64,000 nt of DNA, taken from an uncultured Chloroflexia bacterium (lineage in GTDB: Bacteria > Chloroflexota > Chloroflexia > QHBQ01 > JADMIH01). The notes beneath the pieces are model-generated. The model was given only the letters and a program-made list of their open reading frames with translations, did no database searches and was not told where the DNA came from. The stretch lies in NCBI GenBank assembly GCA_963797095.1, contig CAWCNY010000002.1, positions 736,001 through 800,000 of the forward strand. Direction: 5' to 3'. This document shows positions 1 to 10,239 of the stretch, in pieces; position 1 is the stretch's first letter; every line of letters begins with the position of its first letter. Position numbers and translations under genes: made by a program.

Positions 1-399
1 CAGGAACAGAGGAAGGTGCTGAGGCAGTTGGAGGACCTGACAGCACGAGAGCGGAGGATGTACGAGGTGGGGAATGACAGAGACCAGATCATGACGGTGT
101 GTAAGGTGGCGGTGACAACGCTGGGGATGTATGTGAGGGACCGGTGGTTCCCCGAGAGCTATGCAACAGCAACCTGGGGTCGTTTGGCACCATTCTTCGC
201 GTTGAGGGGGCGGGTACGTTGGGAGAAGGAGTGGGTGCAGGTGGAGTTGAGACCGTTCAACGACGTGCAGATGAACCGGGATCTGGGAGCACTTTGTACG
301 AGGTTAGCCAAGAGGGAGGCAAGGCTGCCCGATGGGGGGAGGCTGATCTTCTCTGTAGGCTCGGACAGTCGTCCACGTTCAGATGCGTACGGACCGTGA
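1..399 (+). CDS. C-terminal part of a gene truncated by the window edge, possibly a transposase-like protein
   Basis: Frame is open from base 1 to the stop at 399. Strongly G-rich (26 G/10 C in bases 1-60), opposite to the surrounding C-rich DNA, which suggests a recent insertion. Family call is tentative. Confidence 0.35.
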   Translation, partial: QEQRKVLRQLEDLTARERRMYEVGNDRDQIMTVCKVAVTTLGMYVRDRWFPESYATATWGRLAPFFALRGRVRWEKEWVQVELRPFNDVQMNRDLGALCTRLAKREARLPDGGRLIFSVGSDSRPRSDAYGP

Positions 400-508
400 G
401 GGATGCGCAAAGCCCTGCCATGGCCTTTGGCCGTGTGCAATGGACTGCTGACCATATTCGATCTGCTATAATCCTGCCGAGATAGAGAGACAATAAAGGA
501 AGATAGTA

Positions 509-1174
509 GTGCCCGATCCCAACCCCGACCAGAACGCCAAATCTGAGGCAATGAACACCCACAGAGAGCACAAAGAAAATGATCGATCTGGAGCATCTGC
601 GGAGACAGAGATAGTAGCAGAGGAAAAGTTGGTGCCAACTGGCTATCAGGAGTTCCTGGTCGAGGTCAAGCAACGCATTCAAGAGGCTCAGGTGCGGGCG
701 GTACTCGCCGTCAACCGCGAGCTGGTGCTCCTCTACTGGCAGATCGGGCGTGATATTCTGCGCCGACAGGAAGAACAGGGTTGGGGTGGTAAGGTGATTG
801 ACCGGCTGGCAGCCGATCTGCGGCGGGCTTTCCCCGAGGTGAGCGGCTTTTCAAAGCGCAACCTGCAATATATGCGCGCCTTCGCCGATGCCTACCCGGA
901 CGAGCAAATTGTGCACCAAGCTGGTGCACAAATACCATGGCGCCATAACGTCTATCTGCTCGACGCAATCAAGGATCGCACCGAGCGGGATTGGTATATT
1001 CGCAAGACTATCGAGAACGGCTGGAGCCGGGCCGTGCTCATGCATCAAGTGGAAACCGGCCTGTACAGCCGCCAGGGCAAAGCCCTCGACAACTTCGCCT
1101 CTGTGTTGCCACCGCCCGACTCCGATCTCACCCGCCAACTGCTCAAGGACCCTTACGGAAAGTCTTCTTTCTAG
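509..1174 (+). pseudogene. YhcG/DUF1016 family protein, N-terminal domain only (truncated before the PD-(D/E)XK domain)
   Basis: Motifs VNRELVLLYWQIGRDI, WGGKVIDRLAADL, GFSKRNLQYMR, ENGWSR and LKDPY, followed almost immediately by a stop. Confidence 0.8.
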
Positions 1175-1363
1175 GCGAGGCGACCTTATCTTGCCGCCGG
1201 GCGGTTGCGTATTAGCCTTTCGCGTAGCATTCTCTACTTAACCTTAACTCCCGAAATGCCCAATTGGTTTCATTTCGTGAGTAATTCAATACTCTGATCC
1301 TACTGGAGTTTTCCAACACTTTGCACCCTCAAGAGCGCCTGGCGTGCTGTATAATATCGGTCA

Positions 1364-2239
1364 ATGAGCTTCAAAGCCCAGCTCTATCTGATGCTCGCCC
1401 CTTTCGTGATCGGGCTAATTGTGCTGGTGGCAATCCCGGCCATCGGCAGTCTTGCCGTTTCCTTCTTCGACTACTCTCCACTCCGCCCTACCGAATTCCC
1501 CCCTGTCGGCTTCAAGCAATTCCTCGCTCTAGGCTCAGACCCCCTCTTCTGGACTGCGCTCGGCAATTCCCTCACATACACCCTTATATCGGTCCCCTTG
1601 CGCATGGTCGGCGCGCTCGGCCTTGCCCTCTTCCTTGAGCGCAGGCGGCGCGGCATAGGTGCCTATCGCTCTGCCGCCTACCTCCCAACCATCATCCCCG
1701 ACGTAGCCTATGGCCTCACCTGGCTCTGGATTTTCAATCCCCTTTTCGGCCCGATGAGCCAGATATTGCGTTCCTTCGGCCAGGGCAACCAGGCATGGCT
1801 CCTCGATCCCACGGGCGCGCGCTCCATAGTGATCACCATGGGCGCGTTCCAGATCGGTGAGGGCATCGTCATCATGCTCGCCGCTCTGCGCGACATCCCC
1901 CGCGACCTCTACGATACCGCCCTGGTCGATGGCGCAGGCTGGTGGGCGCGCCTTCGCTCCCTCATCCTCCCCATCATCGCCCCCACCTTCCTCCTCCTCA
2001 CATTTCGCACCACCGTCGTCACCCTACAGGACAACTTTTCTCCTGCCTTCATAGTCACCAAGGGCAACCCCTACTACGCCACCTATTACCTCCCCTACAA
2101 AATTTACGTGGATGCCTTCCAGAACTTCAGGTTCAGCTATGGCGCTGCTATGGTCCTATTCATGTATGTCGCCACCGCCCTGATCGTCCTTGTTCAATAC
2201 CTGACCACCCGCCGCTGGAGCGTCGCCGCCTATGAGTAA
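1364..2239 (+). CDS. Carbohydrate ABC transporter permease (MalF/UgpA-like)
   Basis: Multi-TM protein with EAA-like loop IPRDLYDTALVDGA. Confidence 0.9.
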   Translation: MSFKAQLYLMLAPFVIGLIVLVAIPAIGSLAVSFFDYSPLRPTEFPPVGFKQFLALGSDPLFWTALGNSLTYTLISVPLRMVGALGLALFLERRRRGIGAYRSAAYLPTIIPDVAYGLTWLWIFNPLFGPMSQILRSFGQGNQAWLLDPTGARSIVITMGAFQIGEGIVIMLAALRDIPRDLYDTALVDGAGWWARLRSLILPIIAPTFLLLTFRTTVVTLQDNFSPAFIVTKGNPYYATYYLPYKIYVDAFQNFRFSYGAAMVLFMYVATALIVLVQYLTTRRWSVAAYE

Positions 2240-3140
2240 CAGGTCCACAATCCACACAGGCCCCTACGGGCCGCACCCGACCAGCCTCCTCGAGCGCATC
2301 AGGGCTTTCGGCTGGCACATTCTCGCCCTCCTTATTAGCGCCATATTCCTCATCCCCCTGGCGACCATGTTTGTAGGCTCCCTCCGCAAGCCCGGCCTCC
2401 CCCCGCCCCGTGGCATCGAATGGCTCCCCAACCCCCTTTCCTGGAGCAACTACGCCGATGTCTTCAACCTGGTCGAAATGGGCCGCTACTTGCTGAATAG
2501 CCTCGTCGTAGAGCTAATGGCCGTCCCTATCACCCTCCTGATAGCCTCCTGGGCAGGCTTTGCCCTCGCCCAACTCCCCCAGCGATTTGCCCGCCGCATC
2601 ATAGTGGCCTCCCTCCTGATCCTCCTTCTCCCCGAAACCGCCCTCTGGGTCAGCCGCTTCATCCTCTACAAGCTCGCCCACATCATCGACACCCCATTCG
2701 CCCTCGTGGCCCCCAGCCTCCTCGGCACCAGCCCCCTCTATATGCTCGTCTTCTACTGGACCTTCAGGCGCGTCCCCTCCGAAACTTGGGAGGCCGCCCG
2801 CATCGACGGCGCTGGCGCTTTCAGAACCTGGTGGTCTATCGGTGTTCCGCTCGGGCGTGCCGCCTTCGCCGCCATAGGCGTGCTCTCGTTCGTCTACTAT
2901 TGGCGCGAGTTCCGCGAGCCTCTCCTCTACATCCAGGACACCGCCAAATACACAGTCTCGGTCGGCCTCGCCTACCTCGAGCAGCTCGACCCCACCAATC
3001 TCCCTATCCTCCTTGCAGGCTCCGTGATCGTCACCCTCCCCATCATTATCATCTTCCTCATAGCCCAACCCTACTTCCTCGAAGCCCCCGAACGCGCAAC
3101 CAGGGCCACCGAAACCCCCAACCCAAGAACCAGGCGTTAG
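2232..3140 (+). CDS. Carbohydrate ABC transporter permease (MalG/UgpE-like)
   Basis: EAA motif ETWEAARIDGAG; overlaps the previous permease. Confidence 0.9.
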   Translation: MSNRSTIHTGPYGPHPTSLLERIRAFGWHILALLISAIFLIPLATMFVGSLRKPGLPPPRGIEWLPNPLSWSNYADVFNLVEMGRYLLNSLVVELMAVPITLLIASWAGFALAQLPQRFARRIIVASLLILLLPETALWVSRFILYKLAHIIDTPFALVAPSLLGTSPLYMLVFYWTFRRVPSETWEAARIDGAGAFRTWWSIGVPLGRAAFAAIGVLSFVYYWREFREPLLYIQDTAKYTVSVGLAYLEQLDPTNLPILLAGSVIVTLPIIIIFLIAQPYFLEAPERATRATETPNPRTRR

Positions 3141-3252
3141 CAACCAACAACCAATAACTCGGAACTCGGAACTATATTTAGTACAAACTCCACCCCCATA
3201 AAGGACCAACGTCTTATTGTGTTACAACTGTTGCCGGGGCTAAGATCAAACC

Positions 3253-4086
3253 ATGCACATCATGGACAAAACCGATCCCGGCACCTATAAGCGTCCCCGC
3301 GCGGTCCACAACTCTTCCCACAAGTTCACCCTTCCTACCCTCGCGCCCTTCCTACGCATAATTGCCATTCTCATTCTCGCCGCTCTCGTATACATGAACC
3401 GGGGGCTTTTCGGCTTTTCTGTCGGCCCCAAGCCCGACTGCGCCACCGATGCCCAGTTCGGCCTCGGCCAATTCGACCAGATAATCGCCAACTGCAACGA
3501 AGCCATAGACCAGGACTCCCAGAATGCCTCTGCTTACAACAGCCGTGCCCTCGCCTACTACGGCAAAGGCGACTACCAGCAGGCCCTTCTCGACCTCAAC
3601 AAGTCCCTCCAGCTGGACCCTAAATCCGCCGCGGCCTACTGGAATCGCGGCCAGATTTACCTCGACAAGGAAAACTACAACCTTGCTATCCCTGACTTCA
3701 CAAACTCCATTCAGCTGGCACCCGACAAACCCAAAGCCTACCTCAGCCGTGCCTGGGCCTATTACTTCGTCGGCGACGGCGACTTTGCCCTCGCTGACGC
3801 TCAACAAGCAGTCGATCTCGACCCCGGCAACGTAGAAGCCTACTATGTGCGCGGCCTTATCTACACCGGGCTGGGCTCCTTTGGCCTCGCCATGGCCGAC
3901 TTCAACGCGGCCCTGGACCTCGCGCCCAACGACGCTGATATACTCTACAACCGGGCTAACGTCTACGCGCTCCAGGGCGATAAAGCCAGCGCCATCGCCG
4001 ACCTCAACAAAGTTCTCACCATTACCGACGATCCCGACCTCCAAAAAGACGTAAACGACGCTCTCAAGCAACTCGGCTCCAACTAG
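3253..4086 (+). CDS. Membrane-anchored tetratricopeptide repeat protein
   Basis: N-terminal TM segment, then about 6 TPRs (AYNSRA, AYWNRG, AYLSRA, AYYVRG, ILYNRA). Confidence 0.85.
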   Translation: MHIMDKTDPGTYKRPRAVHNSSHKFTLPTLAPFLRIIAILILAALVYMNRGLFGFSVGPKPDCATDAQFGLGQFDQIIANCNEAIDQDSQNASAYNSRALAYYGKGDYQQALLDLNKSLQLDPKSAAAYWNRGQIYLDKENYNLAIPDFTNSIQLAPDKPKAYLSRAWAYYFVGDGDFALADAQQAVDLDPGNVEAYYVRGLIYTGLGSFGLAMADFNAALDLAPNDADILYNRANVYALQGDKASAIADLNKVLTITDDPDLQKDVNDALKQLGSN

Positions 4087-4242
4087 CAGCCCCCATAAAT
4101 GCAAGAAGAGATGTCGGATCCCTTTGTGGGCGATCCGTCGCATAAAAGTCACACAGGCGTAGACATTGATACACCCATTGTGGCAATCCTATCCATAAAG
4201 ATGCCGTTTGTAAGGACATCCTGGTAGATGCCCTGCCACAAT

Positions 4243-4488
4243 GCCACCCCATATAGTCCCAAAGAGACGCAAGAACATAGCCCAGGGCGTAAGCCCTGTG
4301 GATCGTACGCCACCCAAGCAAGTAGTCCCGTAGGGACGTCGGAGAATTAGCATTGCATCATACAGGACCGGAGTGCTTGTTCTTACGCCCCTGCGAGGCT
4401 ATGGCATTATCTCGGGCTTAACACAGGGCTTACGCCCTGGGCTATGCTCTTACGTCCCTACGGGACTACTTGCTTGGGTGGCGTACGA
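4243..4488. repeat. About 245-bp composite REP/REPIN-like element, copy 1
   Basis: Inverted units containing GTCCCGTAGGGAC and GCCCAGGGCGTAAGCCCTG hairpins; a similar reverse-complement copy lies at 39891-40127. Confidence 0.85.
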
Positions 4489-4590
4489 GCGTGCCGCGAA
4501 CTCGCACCATTTCTCCCATAGTGGTATGCTACTACTGATTATTTGATTATTCCACCTGGAACCCTCACCACCAACAGGAGGATCCCCACA

Positions 4591-5598
4591 ATGGCAGTCA
4601 AATTCGGCGTACTCGTTCCCCAGGGCTGGCATTTCGACCTCGCAGACATAGAAGGCCCCGAAGAGCAGTTCGAGGCCATGATCCGCGTAGGCAAAGAGGC
4701 CGAACGCCTCGGCGTCGACTTAATCTGGCTCTACGACCACTTCCACACCGTCCCTGCCCCCGAATTGGAGACCAACTTCGAATGCTGGATGTGCACCTCT
4801 GCCCTCGCTCGCGAGACCTCTACCGTCCGCATCGGCCAGCTTGTCACCTGCAACAGCTACCGCAATCCCGCCCTCCTAGCCAAAATGGCCTCTACAATGG
4901 AGGTCATGAGTTACGGTCGCCTCGACTTCGGCATTGGCGCGGGTTGGTACGACCATGAATACAACGCCTACGGCTACCCTTACCCCGACGGCCCTGAGCG
5001 CCTTCGCATGTTAGGCGAAGCCCTCCAGATCATCCACGCCATGTGGAGCGAACCATACGCCACCTTCGAAGGCAAATACTATACCATCAACGGCGCGATC
5101 AACGAGCCTAAGGGCGTCCAGAAGCCCCACCCGCCCATCTGGATCGGCGGCGGTGGCGAGAAAGTCACCCTTCGCCTCGTAGCCAAATACGGCGATGCCT
5201 GCAACATCGGCGGCATCAACCCCGAAGTCTACCGCCATAAATTCGACGTGGTTCGCCAGCACTGCGAAAACCTGGGCCGCGACTACAACTCCATCATCAA
5301 ATCCGCCGAAGTCTTCACCCACGTAGTCCTCCCCGGCCAGACCCCCGAAACCGCCACCGCCAAACCCCGCCGCGACCTCGCCCGTCTCGTCGGCCACGAT
5401 GTATCATTCGAAGAGTTCCGCGACAACAGCTACCGTGGCTACCCCCAGGGCATTACAGGCTCACCCCAGCAAATCATCGACACCTACGGCAAGATCATCG
5501 ACGCGGGCGCGGAATACATCATCGCCTACCTATCCAACATAGTCCATCTCGAAACCCTCCAGGCCTTCGCCGAAGAAGTAGTTCCGGCCTTCCGCTAA
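4591..5598 (+). CDS. LLM-class oxidoreductase, probably F420-dependent
   Basis: WLYDHF, YRNPALLAKMAST, GRLDFGIGAGW, PPIWIGGGGEK; AGGAGG RBS before ATG 4591. Confidence 0.88.
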   Translation: MAVKFGVLVPQGWHFDLADIEGPEEQFEAMIRVGKEAERLGVDLIWLYDHFHTVPAPELETNFECWMCTSALARETSTVRIGQLVTCNSYRNPALLAKMASTMEVMSYGRLDFGIGAGWYDHEYNAYGYPYPDGPERLRMLGEALQIIHAMWSEPYATFEGKYYTINGAINEPKGVQKPHPPIWIGGGGEKVTLRLVAKYGDACNIGGINPEVYRHKFDVVRQHCENLGRDYNSIIKSAEVFTHVVLPGQTPETATAKPRRDLARLVGHDVSFEEFRDNSYRGYPQGITGSPQQIIDTYGKIIDAGAEYIIAYLSNIVHLETLQAFAEEVVPAFR

Positions 5599-5660
5599 GC
5601 CGTGACGGATCGCTAAGTGCAAGAGAAACATTCGGAGCAACAGATTCAAGTTCACAAATC

Positions 5661-5733
5661 CACAATCTGTTTCTAAAATAAGCAAAAATGGCGGCGGAGC
5701 CGCCATTTTTGCTTATTTTAGTAGGCCCCTCCC
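5661..5733. repeat. About 70-bp palindromic dispersed repeat, copy 1
   Basis: Perfect 22-bp arms 5673-5694/5700-5721; related copies at 14434, 21576 and 56447. Confidence 0.8.
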
Positions 5734-5737
5734 ATTG

Positions 5738-5860
5738 GGGCTTACAAGGGTAGGTTTCTGAAAAGGGGTGCAGGGGTCCTCCCCTGACAGGGGAATTGGG
5801 GGTGAGGGGTGTTCGCACGCACCCCGAAGGATTCCACCGAAGACCTACCCTTGTAAGCCC
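5738..5860. mobile_element. 123-bp MITE-like element
   Basis: Perfect 18-bp terminal IR GGGCTTACAAGGGTAGGT (5738-5755 / 5843-5860), flanked by ATTG on both sides (putative 4-bp TSD). Confidence 0.6.
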
Positions 5861-6078
5861 ATTGGGGAGGGGTTGGGGTGGGGCCTCCAAGGGCATTCCC
5901 CCTCAGTTCGACGCACGACCTAAGCCGCCGAAGGCTCTTATCCCCACGAAACGCCAGGATTTTCACCCTCTATCCACCCAAAACCATTATCATATTTACC
6001 CCGCTGTGCTAGCCTATAAACGAAAGCGACGCATAAGCGTCCCCTTTGTACGCCCTATCGCCAATGAGGGTAAATGTA

Positions 6079-6738
6079 ATGCCAACCGACACTCTTCTTT
6101 CACCTCCCCAACAACAAAGCACCGAGCAGCCGCCCATCGAGAAAAGCACACAACTCCCCCAATTCATGGCGGGTGACGTCGTCCTCTTCGCCGCTCGGGG
6201 CGACCTCTACGGCATTGTCGGTCGCTGGATAATGCGCACGCGCGGCGAAGGCCCTACCTATGCCGTCCACACAGCCCAATTCCTCGACGCAGGCAGATAC
6301 ATCGAGCTAGACCTAGTCGGGAAAATAAAGCCCACCGAACAAATCCTCAAAGCGCACCAATCCCACGACATATGGAAGCGCAGGGGCTTCGAGGTATGGC
6401 GCTCTACATCCCTCGACGACGAGCAGCGCCAGGCCGTCACCGACAAAGCGCTCATCTATGTCGGTGCTTGGTTCGGCTGGGCCAAATTCGTTACCCACTT
6501 CCTCGACGGCCTGATCGACAAACTCATGGGCAAGGAAGTCTTCTTCTTTCGCCGTCTCAACCACGACCAGCGCTACCCAATCTGCTCCTGGATCACCTCG
6601 TTCTCCTACGACCGCGCCATCCACTACCAGTTCGGCGTCCCACCCGAATGCGCTGACCCCGACGAGATCGCCGACTGGCTAACCTCCCACCCCGACGAAT
6701 GGCAGTGCGTCTTCCACCTCGAAGACTACTCAACCTAA
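6079..6738 (+). CDS. Permuted papain-like amidase (YiiX/YebB-like)
   Basis: GDVVLF near the start, His (AVHTA) precedes Cys (PICSW), C-terminal DPDEI. Confidence 0.6.
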   Translation: MPTDTLLSPPQQQSTEQPPIEKSTQLPQFMAGDVVLFAARGDLYGIVGRWIMRTRGEGPTYAVHTAQFLDAGRYIELDLVGKIKPTEQILKAHQSHDIWKRRGFEVWRSTSLDDEQRQAVTDKALIYVGAWFGWAKFVTHFLDGLIDKLMGKEVFFFRRLNHDQRYPICSWITSFSYDRAIHYQFGVPPECADPDEIADWLTSHPDEWQCVFHLEDYST

Positions 6739-7073
6739 GTTGTACCCCTCACTATTTCAATGATCTTAGCAGTAATCTCGTCCATCCTGTCGGCTGTCAG
6801 TGTCGCAGCCTTATACAAAACGATGCTCGAGTTTGCAGTGAATAAGCGATTTGGTCGTGCATAACTTTCTTGCTTCAATCCGCCCACGCTAAAGTCGGCA
6901 GCTCCGATAGATATCGAATAACCATCAGATCTGGATTGGCTTGTTATCTGGCAAACGATTAGGTCATCACCGATCAACTCGGCTACGATCACTGCGGGAC
7001 GGCGTTTTGCTGAACTCAGATCTGAGAACGGAAAAGGAAGAACGACTATATCTCCCTTTACAAATGCGCCCAT
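6735..7073 (-). CDS. MazF/PemK family toxin
   Basis: GDIVVLPFPFSDLSSAKRRPAV...ITS motif. Confidence 0.9.
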   Translation of the reverse strand: MGAFVKGDIVVLPFPFSDLSSAKRRPAVIVAELIGDDLIVCQITSQSRSDGYSISIGAADFSVGGLKQESYARPNRLFTANSSIVLYKAATLTADRMDEITAKIIEIVRGTT

Positions 7074-7261
7074 GCCTCATCTTCCTCAGGCGTATCCCAG
7101 TCTTTGGCTAACACTCGCTCCGAAGCAAGCATCGTTTGGTATGCTTCGGAACTTTCTTGCTTCCATATGAGATAATCTACAAAATCAAGTACTGTAGCCA
7201 ACTTGTCAGGCGGTAATTGCCTGAGCCGTTCTTCTATCTCTGTTATTGTGGATTGCTCCAT
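7058..7261 (-). CDS. Cognate antitoxin (DUF2281-like)
   Basis: Small acidic ORF overlapping the toxin start; VLDFVDYL and LAKDWDTPEEDEAWAHL tail. Confidence 0.75.
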   Translation of the reverse strand: MEQSTITEIEERLRQLPPDKLATVLDFVDYLIWKQESSEAYQTMLASERVLAKDWDTPEEDEAWAHL

Positions 7262-7303
7262 AATCTAGCCTCCTTGATCCATATTATACAACTCCGATTA
7301 GCC

Positions 7304-10135
7304 CTACCTCTCCTCCTTAGCCCTCTTATTCAACTCGTACAACACTCCCAAAGCCTCCAAAGGCGACATCTCCTCCGGCCTCAACCCCCTTAGCTCCTCC
7401 CGCAACGGGTCAGGTCCCATCACAGTCCCAAAGCTCATCTGCAACTGCCCCCCGCCATCTGCCGGGGCCTGCATCGCCTTCCTCCTGACTTCTTTCCCCC
7501 CGCCCTTCTCCAGATCCCCCAGGATATCCTCCGCCCGCCTCAAAATCGCCCTCGGCAGCCCTGCCAGCCGCGCCACGTGTATCCCATACGACCTATCCGC
7601 CCCGCCCGGCACGATCTTGTGCAAAAACACCACCCGCTCCCCATCCTCCGCCACCGCCACGTTATAGTTCTTCACCCTCGGCAGGATCTTCTCCATCTCC
7701 GTCAGCTCATGGTAGTGCGTCGCAAACAGTGTCTTAGCCCCCAGCCGCGGCGAATTGTGTATATACTCTACAACCGCCCGCGCGATCGCCAGCCCGTCAT
7801 ACGTAGATGTCCCCCGCCCGATCTCGTCCAAAATCACCAGCGACCTGTGCGTTGCATGATTCAAAATATTCGCCGTCTCCTCCATCTCCACCATAAACGT
7901 GCTTCTTCCGGTCGCGATATCGTCCTGCGCCCCCACCCTCGTAAAGATCCTGTCCACCAACCCAATCGACGCTTCCTCGGCGGGCACAAACGACCCCACC
8001 TGCGCCATCAACACGATCAGCGCCACCTGCTTGATATACACACTCTTCCCCGCCATATTCGGCCCCGTCAGCAACACAATAGCGGGCCCTCCCGCCCCGC
8101 TATCCAAATGCGCATCGTTCGGCACGAACTGCTCGTCCCGCAACGTCCGCTCCACCACTGGGTGCCGCCCCTCCCTGATCTCGATCACCGTCCCATCGTC
8201 CAGCCTCGGCCTCACATACCCGTTCCGCACCGCCACCTCCGCCAGCCCCCCGAACACGTCCAGCAGCGCCAGCGACTCCGACACCTGCATCAGCTTCGGC
8301 GCGCACGCCGCCACCTCCCTCAGCACCCTCCCGAACGCCTCTCGCTCCAACTCCACCAGCCTCCCCTGCGCGTTCAAGATCAGGTTCTCATACTCCTTCA
8401 ACTCAGGCGTCACATACCTCTCAGCCCCCACCAGCGTCTGCTTCCTTATATAATCCCTCGGCACCGCCTCCTTATTGGCGTTCGACACCTCGATGTAATA
8501 CCCGAACACCTTGTTATACCCAACCTTCAACCCCTTGATCCCCGTCTTCTCCTTCTCCGCCGCCTCCAATCCCGCGATCCACCCTTTCGCATCCCTCGAA
8601 GCCGACCTCAAAGTATCCAATTCCGGGCTGAACCCCGCCCTGATAGCGTCCCCCGTCCCAAGCAGCGCTGGCGGGTCATCCGCGATAGCGCTCCCGATCA
8701 ACTCGCTAACGTCATCGCACTCCTGTATCCGGTTCACCAGCGCGCCCAGCACCCTCCTCGGGTCATGCTCTGCACTCCCCGTTCCCTTTCTCAATTCCGA
8801 ACTCCGAACTCCGCGCTCCGCACTGGGCAATAGCTTCCTTATCGTGGGCAACCTATCCACAGCCAGCTTCAGCGCCACCATCTCCTTCGGCCCTGCCGTC
8901 CCCTGCACCGCCCGCGTCACTAACCTCTCCATATCGGGCAAATCCTTAAGCGCCGCCCGCAACTCGGCCCGCATCACCGCATCCAACACGAACGCCTCTA
9001 GCGCATCCAGCCGCGCGTTCAACCTCCCCAGGTCCAATAAAGGCTGCCCAAGCCACCTCCCCAACAACCTCGATCCCATGGGCGTGCGTGTCTCGTCTAT
9101 CACCCACACCAGCGAATTCCGCCTCCCCCCATCTCCCCCCGGTCCCTCCGCGATCTCCAGATTCCTCCTGGTATGCGGGTCCAGTGTCATGTACTGCTCG
9201 GTCGAATAAGTAACCAGCCGCGTCAACTGGCTCAGCGCCGCCTTGTTATTCTCCCCGATATACCCAAGCAACGCCCCCGCCGCCCGAATAGCCAGCGGCA
9301 GCCGCGCGCACCCATACGCCTCCAACGACGTAGCCCCAAAATGCCTCAACAATCTCCCCCGCGCCCGGTCCAGCACCCAATCCCCCGCCTCGGTCCTCGT
9401 TATCGCCGAGTGATCCTGATACGCAATACGTGATACATGCCCATTCTCCGACTTCCGACTACCGACTACCGAATACCCTCCTTCGTCTTCCTCCTCCGGC
9501 ATCAGCAACTCCGCTGGCCTCAGCCTATCGATCTCCTCCCCTACCGCCGTCTCCAACTCCGCCCCATTCTTCCGTATCTCCGTGGTGGCAAACTCGCCCG
9601 TAGTGATATCTGCATAAGCGACCCCCGCTCCCTCACTCTCTACTACCACCGCCACCAAATAGTTGTTCTTCTTCGCGTCCAGCATCCCCGGCTCTGTCAC
9701 CGTCCCAGGCGTGATCACCCGCACCACATCTCTCTCCACAAGCTCCTTCTTCCCACCCACCTGGTAATTCGGCACTCCTGCCTCAAGCCTGTTCGTCGTG
9801 ATGCTCAACTCCTTCTTCCCCAGCCTGATCCTCCGCGCCGCCGTCTCCTCGTCCACGCTGGGCGCGCTCAACTGCTCGGCCACCGCCACCTTATACCCCG
9901 CCTGGACCAGCCGCGAAATATACCCCTCCGCTGAGTGATACGGAACCCCTGCCATCGGGATCCTCTCGTCCTTCGAAGTAGGCCGCGAAGTGAGTACCAC
10001 ATCACAAACCCGCGCCACAATAGCCGCATCATCGTCAAACGTCTCATAAAAATCCCCCAACCGGAAAAACACGATCGTATCGGGGTACTGGCTCTTGATC
10101 TTAAGATACTGTCGTCTCAAGGGTGTTTCAGCCAC
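7304..10135 (-). CDS. mutS: DNA mismatch repair protein MutS
   Basis: TPLRRQY, FRLGDFYE, TGPNMAGKS, STFMVEM, DEIGRGTST, FATHYHEL, SYGIHVARLAG. Confidence 0.97.
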   Translation of the reverse strand: MAETPLRRQYLKIKSQYPDTIVFFRLGDFYETFDDDAAIVARVCDVVLTSRPTSKDERIPMAGVPYHSAEGYISRLVQAGYKVAVAEQLSAPSVDEETAARRIRLGKKELSITTNRLEAGVPNYQVGGKKELVERDVVRVITPGTVTEPGMLDAKKNNYLVAVVVESEGAGVAYADITTGEFATTEIRKNGAELETAVGEEIDRLRPAELLMPEEEDEGGYSVVGSRKSENGHVSRIAYQDHSAITRTEAGDWVLDRARGRLLRHFGATSLEAYGCARLPLAIRAAGALLGYIGENNKAALSQLTRLVTYSTEQYMTLDPHTRRNLEIAEGPGGDGGRRNSLVWVIDETRTPMGSRLLGRWLGQPLLDLGRLNARLDALEAFVLDAVMRAELRAALKDLPDMERLVTRAVQGTAGPKEMVALKLAVDRLPTIRKLLPSAERGVRSSELRKGTGSAEHDPRRVLGALVNRIQECDDVSELIGSAIADDPPALLGTGDAIRAGFSPELDTLRSASRDAKGWIAGLEAAEKEKTGIKGLKVGYNKVFGYYIEVSNANKEAVPRDYIRKQTLVGAERYVTPELKEYENLILNAQGRLVELEREAFGRVLREVAACAPKLMQVSESLALLDVFGGLAEVAVRNGYVRPRLDDGTVIEIREGRHPVVERTLRDEQFVPNDAHLDSGAGGPAIVLLTGPNMAGKSVYIKQVALIVLMAQVGSFVPAEEASIGLVDRIFTRVGAQDDIATGRSTFMVEMEETANILNHATHRSLVILDEIGRGTSTYDGLAIARAVVEYIHNSPRLGAKTLFATHYHELTEMEKILPRVKNYNVAVAEDGERVVFLHKIVPGGADRSYGIHVARLAGLPRAILRRAEDILGDLEKGGGKEVRRKAMQAPADGGGQLQMSFGTVMGPDPLREELRGLRPEEMSPLEALGVLYELNKRAKEER

Positions 10136-10239
10136 GAAATAGCCCTTCCGTTCTACTCAGGATGCCCTTAATATAACACACCTCTCCCGAGCCGGACTAT
10201 GCCACATCCCACGACCTGATCAATGTGTATCTCCCCCAA

